DNA of 64,000 nt from Candidatus Hydrogenedentota bacterium (GTDB lineage: Bacteria; Hydrogenedentota; Hydrogenedentia; Hydrogenedentales; SLHB01): contig CAXXYE010000011.1 of assembly GCA_963674865.2 (NCBI GenBank), forward strand, positions 192,001 to 256,000. The letters are read 5' to 3'. The position numbers and the translations under genes were made by a program. The notes under the pieces are model-generated. The model had not been told where the DNA came from, did no database searches, and saw only the letters and a list, made by a program, of their open reading frames with translations. This document shows positions 55,801 to 64,000 of the stretch, piece after piece. Positions within the stretch are counted from its first letter, which is position 1. The number at the start of each line of letters is the position of its first letter.

Positions 55801-55969
55801 AGTCACCAAATACGAGTCTTTTTCGTCTAATTAAGAATAGGTGTGTCGTTGAGGCGTATGGGATGTATGGATACATGTTCGATCTAGGCAGGCGTGTGGC
55901 CAGCGGGAAGGGCCGTCCGTGCGGACAGGGGACGTATGTAGCCCGTTGGCGTGAGAGGCTCTGAGGCCC

Positions 55970-57178
55970 GTGCCGACGTATTGGTACAAGGCCCTCGGGC
56001 AGCAGAACAGTCTTTCTGAGGGGACGATGACCGCGGCTAACCGCCGCGAGGCGCTGCAGCGGCTTATCGACAGCGGGCGTCAGCCCGTTGACTTGCGCGA
56101 AGAGCAGGCCAAGAAGGCGGGAATGCCGCGCCAGTTCTCCTTTGGCCGGCGGCCTATTCGCCTGGCGACCTTCACCCGACAGCTCGCCACCCTGTCCGCT
56201 TCCGGTACGCCCATGGTGAAAGGACTCAACGTTCTTTCCGAACAGCTCCGAGACCCGCGGGCCAAGCAGATTCTGGCCCAGATAAGTGAGCGTATCCAGG
56301 GCGGAAGCACCTTCGCGGATGCCCTTGCTGAGAACCCGCGCATCTTCCCGAAGCTGATGACGAGTATGATACGCGTCGGCGAGAAAGGGGGGACGCTCGA
56401 CGAACAACTCCTGCAACTCTCCGAACTCTACGAAAAAGAAGAAGCACTGAAAGGCGAGGTGCACGCGGCGCTCGCCTATCCGGTGCTCGTGCTGATCCTC
56501 GGCGTTCTGTCAGCCATCGTACTCGTGGCCGGCTTCATCCCGCGACTCGCAGGTCTCTTTGATGACGTTGGGCAGGCGCTTCCCTTGCCTACGCGGATGC
56601 TGCTCGGCCTATCCGACTTCATCACCGGCCATGCATTGGCAATCATCATTGTCGTGGCCGTCCTCGTGGTCGCCGCCAGATGGGCGCTGAAGCGTGAGGG
56701 GGTCCGGTTTCGCATGGACAGTCTGAAGCTGCGGATACCTTTCGTGGGCTCGCTACTACGCAGCCTCGAAATAGCCCGGTTTACGCGTCTGCTAGGCACG
56801 CTTACCCGTTCCGGCATCACCATCGTCGAAGCGCTGGGCATCGTCGAGCCCGTCTTGGCCAACGCCGCCATCGCCGCGACCGCCCGCGACATGACCTCCC
56901 GCATCCGCACCGGCGAACGCCTCGCATCTCTCATGAAGGAGTCGGGCATTTTTCCGCCTCTTTCCGTGCAGATGGTGGCCACCGGTGAAGAGACGGGACA
57001 CCTCGACCAGATGCTAATCCGGCTGGCTGATGCCTACGACCGGGAAGCCACGACTGCGACGAAGGTGGCCACCTCGCTGCTTTCGCCTGCCCTCATTCTA
57101 ATTGTGGCGGCGGTCGTTGGTTTCATTCTGATATCGATGATCATTCCCATATTCCAACTGAGCACGGTAATGCGATAG
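55970..57178 (+). CDS. gspF: Type II secretion inner-membrane platform protein GspF
   Basis: FTRQLATL, GEKGGTL, ALAYP, LPLPT, GEETGHLD and PIFQL motifs. Confidence 0.95.
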   Translation: MPTYWYKALGQQNSLSEGTMTAANRREALQRLIDSGRQPVDLREEQAKKAGMPRQFSFGRRPIRLATFTRQLATLSASGTPMVKGLNVLSEQLRDPRAKQILAQISERIQGGSTFADALAENPRIFPKLMTSMIRVGEKGGTLDEQLLQLSELYEKEEALKGEVHAALAYPVLVLILGVLSAIVLVAGFIPRLAGLFDDVGQALPLPTRMLLGLSDFITGHALAIIIVVAVLVVAARWALKREGVRFRMDSLKLRIPFVGSLLRSLEIARFTRLLGTLTRSGITIVEALGIVEPVLANAAIAATARDMTSRIRTGERLASLMKESGIFPPLSVQMVATGEETGHLDQMLIRLADAYDREATTATKVATSLLSPALILIVAAVVGFILISMIIPIFQLSTVMR

Positions 57179-57189
57179 GAGCAAGGAAG

Positions 57190-57645
57190 ATGACTCGGGC
57201 ACAAATACGGCGACGACAAGGATTTACGCTTATCGAACTCATGGTGGTGCTGGTGATACTGGCCCTTTTGGTGTCGGTGATTGTGCCCAATGTTGTGGGC
57301 AAGTCCGATGAAGCCAAGGTGACCAAGGCCAAGACCGATATTGCCATGATCGAGGCGCTGCTGGACTCATTCTATCTCGACATGGGGCGTTATCCCACCA
57401 CCGAGGAAGGCCTGCGCAGCCTATACCATGCGCCCGAGGAAGACAGCGAGGCCTGGAAAGGACCCTATTCAAAAAAACCTATCTCCGCGGACCCGTGGGG
57501 CAATCTCTACGTTTACGAATGCCCGGGGACGCGCTCGGGACAATCCTACGAAGTCCTCTGCTTAGGCAGCGACGGCCAGGAAGGCGGTGAAGGCTACGAA
57601 ACGGATATCGTAAGTTGGGTGGATGTAGAGGATGAGCTTTACTAG
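57190..57645 (+). CDS. gspG: Major pseudopilin GspG
   Basis: GFTLIELMVV prepilin motif, YPTTEEGL..L, W.GPY, DPWGN.Y.Y and G.DG.EGG. Confidence 0.95.
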   Translation: MTRAQIRRRQGFTLIELMVVLVILALLVSVIVPNVVGKSDEAKVTKAKTDIAMIEALLDSFYLDMGRYPTTEEGLRSLYHAPEEDSEAWKGPYSKKPISADPWGNLYVYECPGTRSGQSYEVLCLGSDGQEGGEGYETDIVSWVDVEDELY

Positions 57646-58210
57646 GCTGTCAAGGCATAGCGATTCTGCCGATGCCCCTCTGGTAAACACGCCGCGCGGG
57701 GCAATAGACGGCTTCACGCTCATCGAGTTGATGGTGGTTCTCGTCATTCTCGCCCTGTTCTCGTCCGCCATCGCACCTTCCGTGGTATCCGCCGTTCGCA
57801 AGAGCGGCCTGAGCGCGGAGGCGCAGAAACTCGCCGACACGCTCGACTTTGCCTGTGTGTCCGCCATCACGCGGCACCGGGCCGTTATCGTCAATATCGA
57901 CCCCGCCCGCAAGCGCTGCTGGATTACCGCGCCGAAGGCGACACTGCCCTGGCTCGAGGAGGACGAGGAATCGAAGACGCAGGTTCTTGCCGCCATGGCA
58001 TTTGGCGAGCGTAGCGATATCGCGGTTGTTCTTGGGGAGGAAGGCGCCTATGACGTGTCGTCATCCGGGCCGTGGACTACCCTCACCTTCAACAGCGACG
58101 GCAGCACCAACGACGCGGTCATCAACTTGAGCGATCTCGATGGCCAACGCTGCGTCGTAGAAGTCTTCGGCGCCACTGGTGAGGTACATCTGAGGGAGGG
58201 AGCGCCGTGA
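57632..58210 (+). CDS. gspH: Minor pseudopilin GspH/FimT-like
   Basis: GFTLIELMVV motif, F.SDG; follows gspG. Confidence 0.8.
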   Translation: MSFTRLSRHSDSADAPLVNTPRGAIDGFTLIELMVVLVILALFSSAIAPSVVSAVRKSGLSAEAQKLADTLDFACVSAITRHRAVIVNIDPARKRCWITAPKATLPWLEEDEESKTQVLAAMAFGERSDIAVVLGEEGAYDVSSSGPWTTLTFNSDGSTNDAVINLSDLDGQRCVVEVFGATGEVHLREGAP

Positions 58211-58611
58211 GCCCAATGCCGAGTTCTCGCGGTGCCCAAGGTTTCTCGCTGATTGAGATGTTGGCGGCGTTGACGATTTTCGGAGCAGGCGTCCTGGCCA
58301 CCCTGGAGCTTTTCGGCGTCTGTCTCCGCTCGACCTCGGACTCGCTCGACTACACCCAGGCCGTACTGCTGGCCGAGGGTTTGATGGAGGAAACCCTCGC
58401 GGAGGGCATCTCCTATGCAAGCACGGACAGCGGCGACTTCGGCGATGACTTCCCCCGTTACTCCTGGGAACTCGAAGTGACGGATACGGAGCAGGGGGGG
58501 CTTCGAGAGGTCGTTGCCATCGTCAAATGGCGCGAACGCGGCCTTGAGAAGGAGTTCCGACTGACCACGCTGGCGGCGGACAGGGATTTGGCGGAACTGG
58601 CGGATGAGTAG
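58207..58611 (+). CDS. gspI: Minor pseudopilin GspI
   Basis: GFSLIEML motif; short length; GTGA overlap with gspH. Confidence 0.8.
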   Translation: MSPMPSSRGAQGFSLIEMLAALTIFGAGVLATLELFGVCLRSTSDSLDYTQAVLLAEGLMEETLAEGISYASTDSGDFGDDFPRYSWELEVTDTEQGGLREVVAIVKWRERGLEKEFRLTTLAADRDLAELADE

Positions 58612-59218
58612 GCACTCAGGCTTTACCCTTATCGAGCTGCTTGTCACCACGACGATGCTGGCCATCTTGGCCAGCGCGGGGCTGGCTGCCCTGTCCGTGG
58701 GGACGCATTCCGCCGCCAAGGCCAAGCGCTACGGCGCGATGATGGTGCATGGCAACGCGGCGCTCAAGACCATGGCCCGCGATATCCGTGCCGCCGTTGA
58801 GCACGATGACGTTCGGCTCGTCTCGCTTGACGCGGAATATGAGGGCATGGACGCCGACACGCTCGATGTCATTGTGGCCACGCGGCCCAGACTCGACGAT
58901 GACAGCCTCGGGGTCTCCGGACGGTGCGAGGTGGGATACTACATTGAGAACGACCCGGACACGGAGGTCCGGTGGCTTTTGCGGCGTGAAGACGCCACGC
59001 TCGACGATGATCCGCTGGAAGGGGGGGCCGTGTCGTTGGCAGGCCCTTGCGTTGCCGAGATGGACCTCCAGTTCTATGACGGCCTCTTCTGGAATTCGGG
59101 CTGGGATGACGAGGATGAATCCCCGGAGGCCGTCTATATTCGACTTGTGGTGGTGGATGAAGATGGAATCGAGAATCCAAAGGTGTTTTCGACTACCGTG
59201 CCCCTCATGGCCCGGTGA
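58604..59218 (+). CDS. gspJ: Minor pseudopilin GspJ
   Basis: GFTLIELL motif, FYDG..W...W and PEAV.I. Confidence 0.82.
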   Translation: MSRHSGFTLIELLVTTTMLAILASAGLAALSVGTHSAAKAKRYGAMMVHGNAALKTMARDIRAAVEHDDVRLVSLDAEYEGMDADTLDVIVATRPRLDDDSLGVSGRCEVGYYIENDPDTEVRWLLRREDATLDDDPLEGGAVSLAGPCVAEMDLQFYDGLFWNSGWDDEDESPEAVYIRLVVVDEDGIENPKVFSTTVPLMAR

Positions 59219-60635
59219 GCCCGCGCGAAACGAGGGTGTAGCGCTCGTGTTCGTGCTGTGGATTACGGTGCTCCTTTCTGCGGTGGCGCTGAGCGTGAAG
59301 TTCTCCACGCACCTGCGCTCACAGATCGCGGCAACGAGCGGAAGGACCACCAAGGCATTCTTCTTGGCCCGGGCCGGCGTTGAGAGGGCCATCGCGGATC
59401 TTGTCGAGGACGTGAATGAGGTCCCCACGCAAGAGAGATTGCGTGAGAATAGTGAGAGAACCTACCGGAACCTGGAACTGGGTGGTGGCACGTACACGCT
59501 ATATGCGGGAATGGAAGACGGCGACCCCGTCTACGGGATTATGGACGAAGGGGCGAAGCTCAACCTGAACCAAGCGGACGCGGACATGCTCGGCGGCCTT
59601 CCAGGCATGGATCCCAACCTTGCGGATACGGTGGTGGCCTTTCGCGAGGGCCGCTCCTATCACGACGTCGATGATCTGCTCCTGCTTGAAGGGGTGGACG
59701 TTCTCAAGCTCTACGGTGAGGACCAGAACCGCAATGGCCTGCTGGATCCAAACGAAGACGATGGAGAAGCAAGCTGGCCTCCGGACGATGCCGACGGGAC
59801 GCTCGATACTGGATGCGCGGCCTACCTCACCGTGTGGTCGGCCGCACGCGATGTGGCCTATGAGGGCAAAGCGCGCGTGAAGCTTAACGAAGCCAGTGCC
59901 GAGTCTATCCAGGAAGACGTGAAGGGCATCACCTCGCAACAGGCTGAATCAATCGTCGCGCATCGGGACAAGAACAAGTTTACGTCGATCGCGGACCTGC
60001 TTGATGTGGAGCTTGTTGAGAAGACAACAAACAGCGGCGGACAGAAGCCGCCCGGACAGCCTCAGGGCAAGCCGCCGAATCAGGAAGGGCAGTCCCAAGC
60101 GGACGGACAGCCGGAGCAACAAGCTGAGAACGGGAAGAACGCCGGCGAAGAGGCCGAGAAGCCACAGAAGAAGGAAGAAAGTCCGCCGAAGCAGCAGCCT
60201 GAGGAGAACAACAACACGACGGAGACGAAGGGCACGGGCGCCAAGGCGTTCGCGATGGAGGATTTCCGCAAGTTCGCCGATGCCTTCACGCTTGCTGAAG
60301 AAGAGGTGCTCAAAGGTGTTGTCAACATCAACACCGCGCCCGCGGCAGTGCTTGCTTGCCTGCCAGGCATCGACGAGGGTGTCGCCCTTGCCATCGTGCA
60401 GGAGCGACAAGGGCGTCCCGAAGGATTCACCACTGTGGCGGATCTTTTGGATGTCAATGGGCTGACTATCAAGATATTCAAGCAAGTGAGCGGCCTCGTG
60501 AGTGCACGTTCCGATGTCTTCCAGGTTCGCTCCTTCGGAGTAGTGGACGACGGTGATATATACGCCTGCGTCAGCGCCGTCATCGATCGCACCGAAGACG
60601 AGGCCCACATTCTGTACTGGCAGGAATATGAATAA
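59163..60635 (+). CDS. gspK: Minor pseudopilin GspK (start codon uncertain)
   Basis: G-VALVFVLWI (no Glu5), ARAGVERA, DE.AKLNLN, VNINTAP and helix-hairpin-helix repeats. Confidence 0.88.
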   Translation: MESRIQRCFRLPCPSWPGEPARNEGVALVFVLWITVLLSAVALSVKFSTHLRSQIAATSGRTTKAFFLARAGVERAIADLVEDVNEVPTQERLRENSERTYRNLELGGGTYTLYAGMEDGDPVYGIMDEGAKLNLNQADADMLGGLPGMDPNLADTVVAFREGRSYHDVDDLLLLEGVDVLKLYGEDQNRNGLLDPNEDDGEASWPPDDADGTLDTGCAAYLTVWSAARDVAYEGKARVKLNEASAESIQEDVKGITSQQAESIVAHRDKNKFTSIADLLDVELVEKTTNSGGQKPPGQPQGKPPNQEGQSQADGQPEQQAENGKNAGEEAEKPQKKEESPPKQQPEENNNTTETKGTGAKAFAMEDFRKFADAFTLAEEEVLKGVVNINTAPAAVLACLPGIDEGVALAIVQERQGRPEGFTTVADLLDVNGLTIKIFKQVSGLVSARSDVFQVRSFGVVDDGDIYACVSAVIDRTEDEAHILYWQEYE

Positions 60636-60659
60636 GCTGAATCACGCAGGGATCTGGAG

Positions 60660-62138
60660 GTGCACGCGTTGTCATTCATAAACACACTGGCGGGCGGGGG
60701 CCAAGCTCTGATGAAGCTTATGGAGCGTCAGGAAGCGCGAGGAAGTGTGCACCGGCGGGTTGTGGCGCTGGAGCTAGGACACAACGGCGAATGGCGCGGA
60801 CTCGAGGCGGAACTCGGCGGAGAGAGCATCGCTGTCTCAAGAGCGTGGATGCTGGACGGCGAGGCGGCGCCTATTCCCAGCAAACAGGCCGAAGCCACGA
60901 TAGTATTCAACTCGCGCCGCGCCGTCTGCCGTCTGCTGGAATTGGCCGATGCTCCGGCCAGCCAAGTCAACAGCATGGTTTCGCTGCGCCTGGAGCTGGA
61001 ACTGCCGTTCCCCGTCGAGGAAACCACCTGGGTGTGCAAGCCCGTGGAGAATGGCCGGGCGACGGTATCCCAGGGCCTGCTTATTGCCGCCGTCACTGCC
61101 GATGTCGCGGAGGCCGAAGACGCCCTGCGCGCCAAGGGCATACGCCCGGGTGCGGTTGAGTTCGCTCCCGCCGGCCTGGCCGAACTGGCGCTTGCCTCCG
61201 GCGGCGGCCTCGAGGACACCGTTGCGGTGGCGGACCTCGGCGTGTCCGGCGTTACTCTGGCCATCTTGCATGCCGGCACACTGCGCTACGCGCGCCATAT
61301 GGAGACGGGCATCGACGGCCATGACGGCATGGCGGAATGGGTGCCCCGTGTGGTGAGTGAGTTGAAGCAGTCCATGTGCGACTACCTGCTGCGCACCGAC
61401 GCCGGACCTCCTTCGCGTCTTATCGCCTCCGGCCAAGTTCTTCGTATTGAGGGCCTTCTAGATGAACTCGGGGAGGCTCTAGGAATGCCCGTCGACAGGG
61501 CGCCTTGGCCTGACGTGGTTCAGGTAGCCGGCGAGGTGTCCTCGACAGACGACCTGCTCGCGGATTATCCCGCGTGCCTGGGCGTCTTGCTCGCGGCCCA
61601 CCGGCGTCTCCGAAATGAGTCGACGGTGGCGCCTCCCTTGCGTACCGAGGTGCAGCGTTTCCGGCTCGAAAAACTTGATCTGCGCGGCAAACGCGCCGGC
61701 CTTCTAGCCGCCAATATCGTTGCCCTCGTGGCGTTTGTCGGCGCTCTTATGGCGGGGCAGGCCCTTCGGCTCAGAGCGGCGGAGCGCGTTATCGAGGGGA
61801 GTCGGCCTCTTCTGAGCCAACTCGATCGTCTGCAGGAGGAGGTAAGCTTGCTGCAATACGAGGGCAAGCGCCAGCGCCCCATGCTCGATGCGCTGCTTGC
61901 CCTCTCTGAGATTTTTCCCTCCGAGATTCAGATCGAGACGCTCTCCATCGACGCCAAGGGTAAGGTGAGCATTGCGGGGCAAACCAAGTCCGTCGAAACA
62001 GTCTCCGATGAGGCTGTGGCCGCGATGGAGGCGTCACCTCTTTTCGCGAGCCCTCAGTTTCTTGGCGCTACCAAGAAGAAAGATACCTATAGCTTCAGCA
62101 TGACTTGCAACCTCAGAATGGGAGGAGGCGGCACGTGA
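60660..62138 (+). CDS. GspL-like / PilM-PilN-like assembly protein
   Basis: Actin-like cytoplasmic region (LELPFP, VADLG), one TM segment, PilN-like periplasmic domain; follows gspK. Confidence 0.72.
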   Translation: MHALSFINTLAGGGQALMKLMERQEARGSVHRRVVALELGHNGEWRGLEAELGGESIAVSRAWMLDGEAAPIPSKQAEATIVFNSRRAVCRLLELADAPASQVNSMVSLRLELELPFPVEETTWVCKPVENGRATVSQGLLIAAVTADVAEAEDALRAKGIRPGAVEFAPAGLAELALASGGGLEDTVAVADLGVSGVTLAILHAGTLRYARHMETGIDGHDGMAEWVPRVVSELKQSMCDYLLRTDAGPPSRLIASGQVLRIEGLLDELGEALGMPVDRAPWPDVVQVAGEVSSTDDLLADYPACLGVLLAAHRRLRNESTVAPPLRTEVQRFRLEKLDLRGKRAGLLAANIVALVAFVGALMAGQALRLRAAERVIEGSRPLLSQLDRLQEEVSLLQYEGKRQRPMLDALLALSEIFPSEIQIETLSIDAKGKVSIAGQTKSVETVSDEAVAAMEASPLFASPQFLGATKKKDTYSFSMTCNLRMGGGGT

Positions 62139-62764
62139 GCCTCACGGCAAGAGACAAGAAGACCTTGGCCATTGGCGGCATTGCGGCGGCCCTCATCGTC
62201 GTGGTCGGATACGGGATCCTGCCCTTGGTACGCGGGGGCGACGGCGTGTCCGGAGGTAGTGCCTCAACGCTCGAGCGCGCCGATGGCATTCGAGAGCGTA
62301 TCCGCCATCAAAAGGCCGTGCTCAAGCGGCGCAATGCTCTTGCAGGGCGCCTCGGCTCCCTCGTGAGCTTTGAGGCGTCCGAAGGGAACACGTCCGCTCA
62401 AGGAACGCCTGAGCAAGGCGCAGATGTGGACGCGTCCGGTGATAAGGAGGATGCCGGAAAGGCGGCAGCTCCAAGTCCTGTTGGCCTTGCAGCCTATATC
62501 GAAAGGAGTGCCGCGGGGACGGGTGTGAAGATCGGCAAAGTCACCCCCAGGAAGAGCGCGAAGGAGCATAAGGGGGGCAAGCACTTCGTGCCGGCCATGC
62601 TCCAGCTCACCATGGAGGGGAATATCGAGAGCCTGCTCAAAATGCTCCATGTCCTTGAGAAGGGGGAGAGGTTCGTGAGGATTGAGCAGATTCAAGTCGG
62701 GCGAAAGGGAAACGCCATCAACGCCACCCTTGTGGTGGCCGGATACGAGGATGCTGCCAAGTGA
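62135..62764 (+). CDS. GspM/PilO-like protein
   Basis: SLTARDK + TM segment, C-terminal L.KML..LE; GTG follows GGAGGAGG and overlaps the upstream stop. Confidence 0.7.
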   Translation: MSLTARDKKTLAIGGIAAALIVVVGYGILPLVRGGDGVSGGSASTLERADGIRERIRHQKAVLKRRNALAGRLGSLVSFEASEGNTSAQGTPEQGADVDASGDKEDAGKAAAPSPVGLAAYIERSAAGTGVKIGKVTPRKSAKEHKGGKHFVPAMLQLTMEGNIESLLKMLHVLEKGERFVRIEQIQVGRKGNAINATLVVAGYEDAAK

Positions 62765-63585
62765 GTATGGACGTCTACAGGGACAAGACCTTGGCCTGGC
62801 TTAGGCACTGGCCGCTGGAAACGTATCTCGTGGTTTCCCTCTGCGTGTTGGGTTGCTTGCTCATGTTCCAGGGCGCGCGGTGTGGCGTAGCGGGTATTCG
62901 TGCCGTCTTCTTCGCTCGCTCCCTCGACATAGATCCCCATGCCGTGCCTCCCCGGGTGCACGCCAAAGCGCTCGACGCCTACGACGCCATTCTCGATAAA
63001 GGACTGCTTGGCAAACGCGTGAAGCAGGCGCCGCCCGAGGTCAAGTTGCTCGGCGTCCTTGGCCGTCAGGCCCTCCTTGGGCCCTCCTCCGAGGGCGCCA
63101 AGGCCTACGAGGTAGGCGGAGAAGTGCCCGGCGGCGAGAAGATTGTTGAGATTACTTCCAATAGCGTCGTTCTCGAGAAAGAGGGCAAGCAGCGCACCCT
63201 TAAGGTGTTCCCCGATTCCGGCGCTGGACCTGCGAGGAAGGAGGAGCCGCCTTCGGCGCCCGAGCCTTCGCGCGCAGGGGAGAAGAAGGAAGTACCGCCC
63301 GTTGAGGATCCGCCGCCCGCGCCTGAACCGGCCGATGAGGACGCCGCGCCGGAGGAGGAGGCAAGCGGCGGCCTAGCCGGTTCCTCCTGGTCGGCAGACG
63401 GCGCCACGATATCCTTCTCCGCTGACGGCACGATGACGATCTCTCAAGGCAGCCACAGCATGCAGGGATCCTGGAGCGTAAGCGGATCAACAATAACAGT
63501 GACGATAGGCAACGAGACGGCCACGGGGCAGATTGACGGCAATACGATGACGATTGAGGGCAAGCAACTGCAACGCGTCAGCTAA
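62761..63585 (+). CDS. GspC/PilP-like protein with Pro/Glu linker and small C-terminal beta domain
   Basis: N-terminal TM segment, KLLGVLG...VG.EV.G.EKIVEI....VVL HR-like domain; immediately before the secretin. Confidence 0.55.
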   Translation: MSMDVYRDKTLAWLRHWPLETYLVVSLCVLGCLLMFQGARCGVAGIRAVFFARSLDIDPHAVPPRVHAKALDAYDAILDKGLLGKRVKQAPPEVKLLGVLGRQALLGPSSEGAKAYEVGGEVPGGEKIVEITSNSVVLEKEGKQRTLKVFPDSGAGPARKEEPPSAPEPSRAGEKKEVPPVEDPPPAPEPADEDAAPEEEASGGLAGSSWSADGATISFSADGTMTISQGSHSMQGSWSVSGSTITVTIGNETATGQIDGNTMTIEGKQLQRVS

Positions 63586-63649
63586 CCGCGTAGGCAGCCT
63601 TTTCTCTTGAGTGGGATATTCCGCGCTGTAATTAGGAGGATTCGCGATA

Positions 63650-64000
63650 ATGAGGCACCGCAACGACCACCGTCGAAGTACCTTGGCAATTCTGGCTGCG
63701 GCCTGGCTGTGCATGCTGATAAGTCCCGCCTTCGCGCAGGCCCCACCGCCTGCCGAGGCCGAGACGGTGGCGCCGGGGGAAGATGCCGCCGCTCAGGAAG
63801 GCGCTCCCGAGGCGACTGAGGCCGAGGATGACGGGAAGGTCGCCATCAATCTGAACAATGTTGACGTGGACCAGGTGATCAAGTTTCTTGCGGACATCAC
63901 CCACAAGGTGGTGGTGAAACACAAGGACGTCAAGGCGCAGATTACGGTGTTGAGTCCTGGAGAGGTCGAGCCAAGGACCGCCTTTGCCCTTATCTGCGAT
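63650..64000 (+). CDS. gspD: Secretin GspD, N-terminal fragment (runs off the window; absent from the ORF track)
   Basis: AGGAGG RBS then MRHRNDHRRSTLAILAAAWLCMLISPAFA-Q...INLNNVDVDQVIKFLADITHKVVV...VKAQITVLSP, an N0-domain pattern. Confidence 0.85.
   Translation, partial: MRHRNDHRRSTLAILAAAWLCMLISPAFAQAPPPAEAETVAPGEDAAAQEGAPEATEAEDDGKVAINLNNVDVDQVIKFLADITHKVVVKHKDVKAQITVLSPGEVEPRTAFALICD

Noticed and set aside
58749..59156. Long N-terminal extension of the gspK ORF
   Set aside because: It lies within gspJ in another frame; the GspK prepilin motif only begins near 59235.

Overview
GC-rich diderm bacterial DNA. The repeat types in the giant protein and the T2SS gene order suggest a Hydrogenedentota/PVC-like lineage (inference only). 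1-10.1 kb: mixed genes (divergent HisD-like dehydrogenase, GH95-like glycosidase, URO-D/MtaA-like protein, DinB-like protein, BNR lipoprotein, heparinase II/III-alginate lyase). 10.6-64 kb: one co-oriented + strand locus in three parts. (1) A Wzx/Wzy exopolysaccharide cluster with Wza, GumC-like co-polymerase, ExeA-family ATPase with LysM, a BY-kinase lacking the Walker A Lys, priming sugar transferase, two sulfotransferases, flippase, polymerase, three GTs and an acetyltransferase; a secreted papain-family protease sits inside it. (2) A 24.8 kb gene for an 8259-aa beads-on-a-string surface protein: about 11 beta-propellers, 13 Ca-binding TSP3-like linkers, PKD, a glycosidase-like domain, an HFS-motif domain and a beta-helix. 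(3) A type II secretion operon (gspEFGHIJKLM, gspC-like, gspD partial). Best lead: the protease and the giant protein are otherwise unrelated, yet both pair an N-terminal Sec-type signal peptide with the same ~310-aa C-terminal RTX-like module. This points to a T2SS/EPS-linked sorting or anchoring tag rather than classical T1SS export. No rRNA, tRNA, CRISPR or IS element was recognised.
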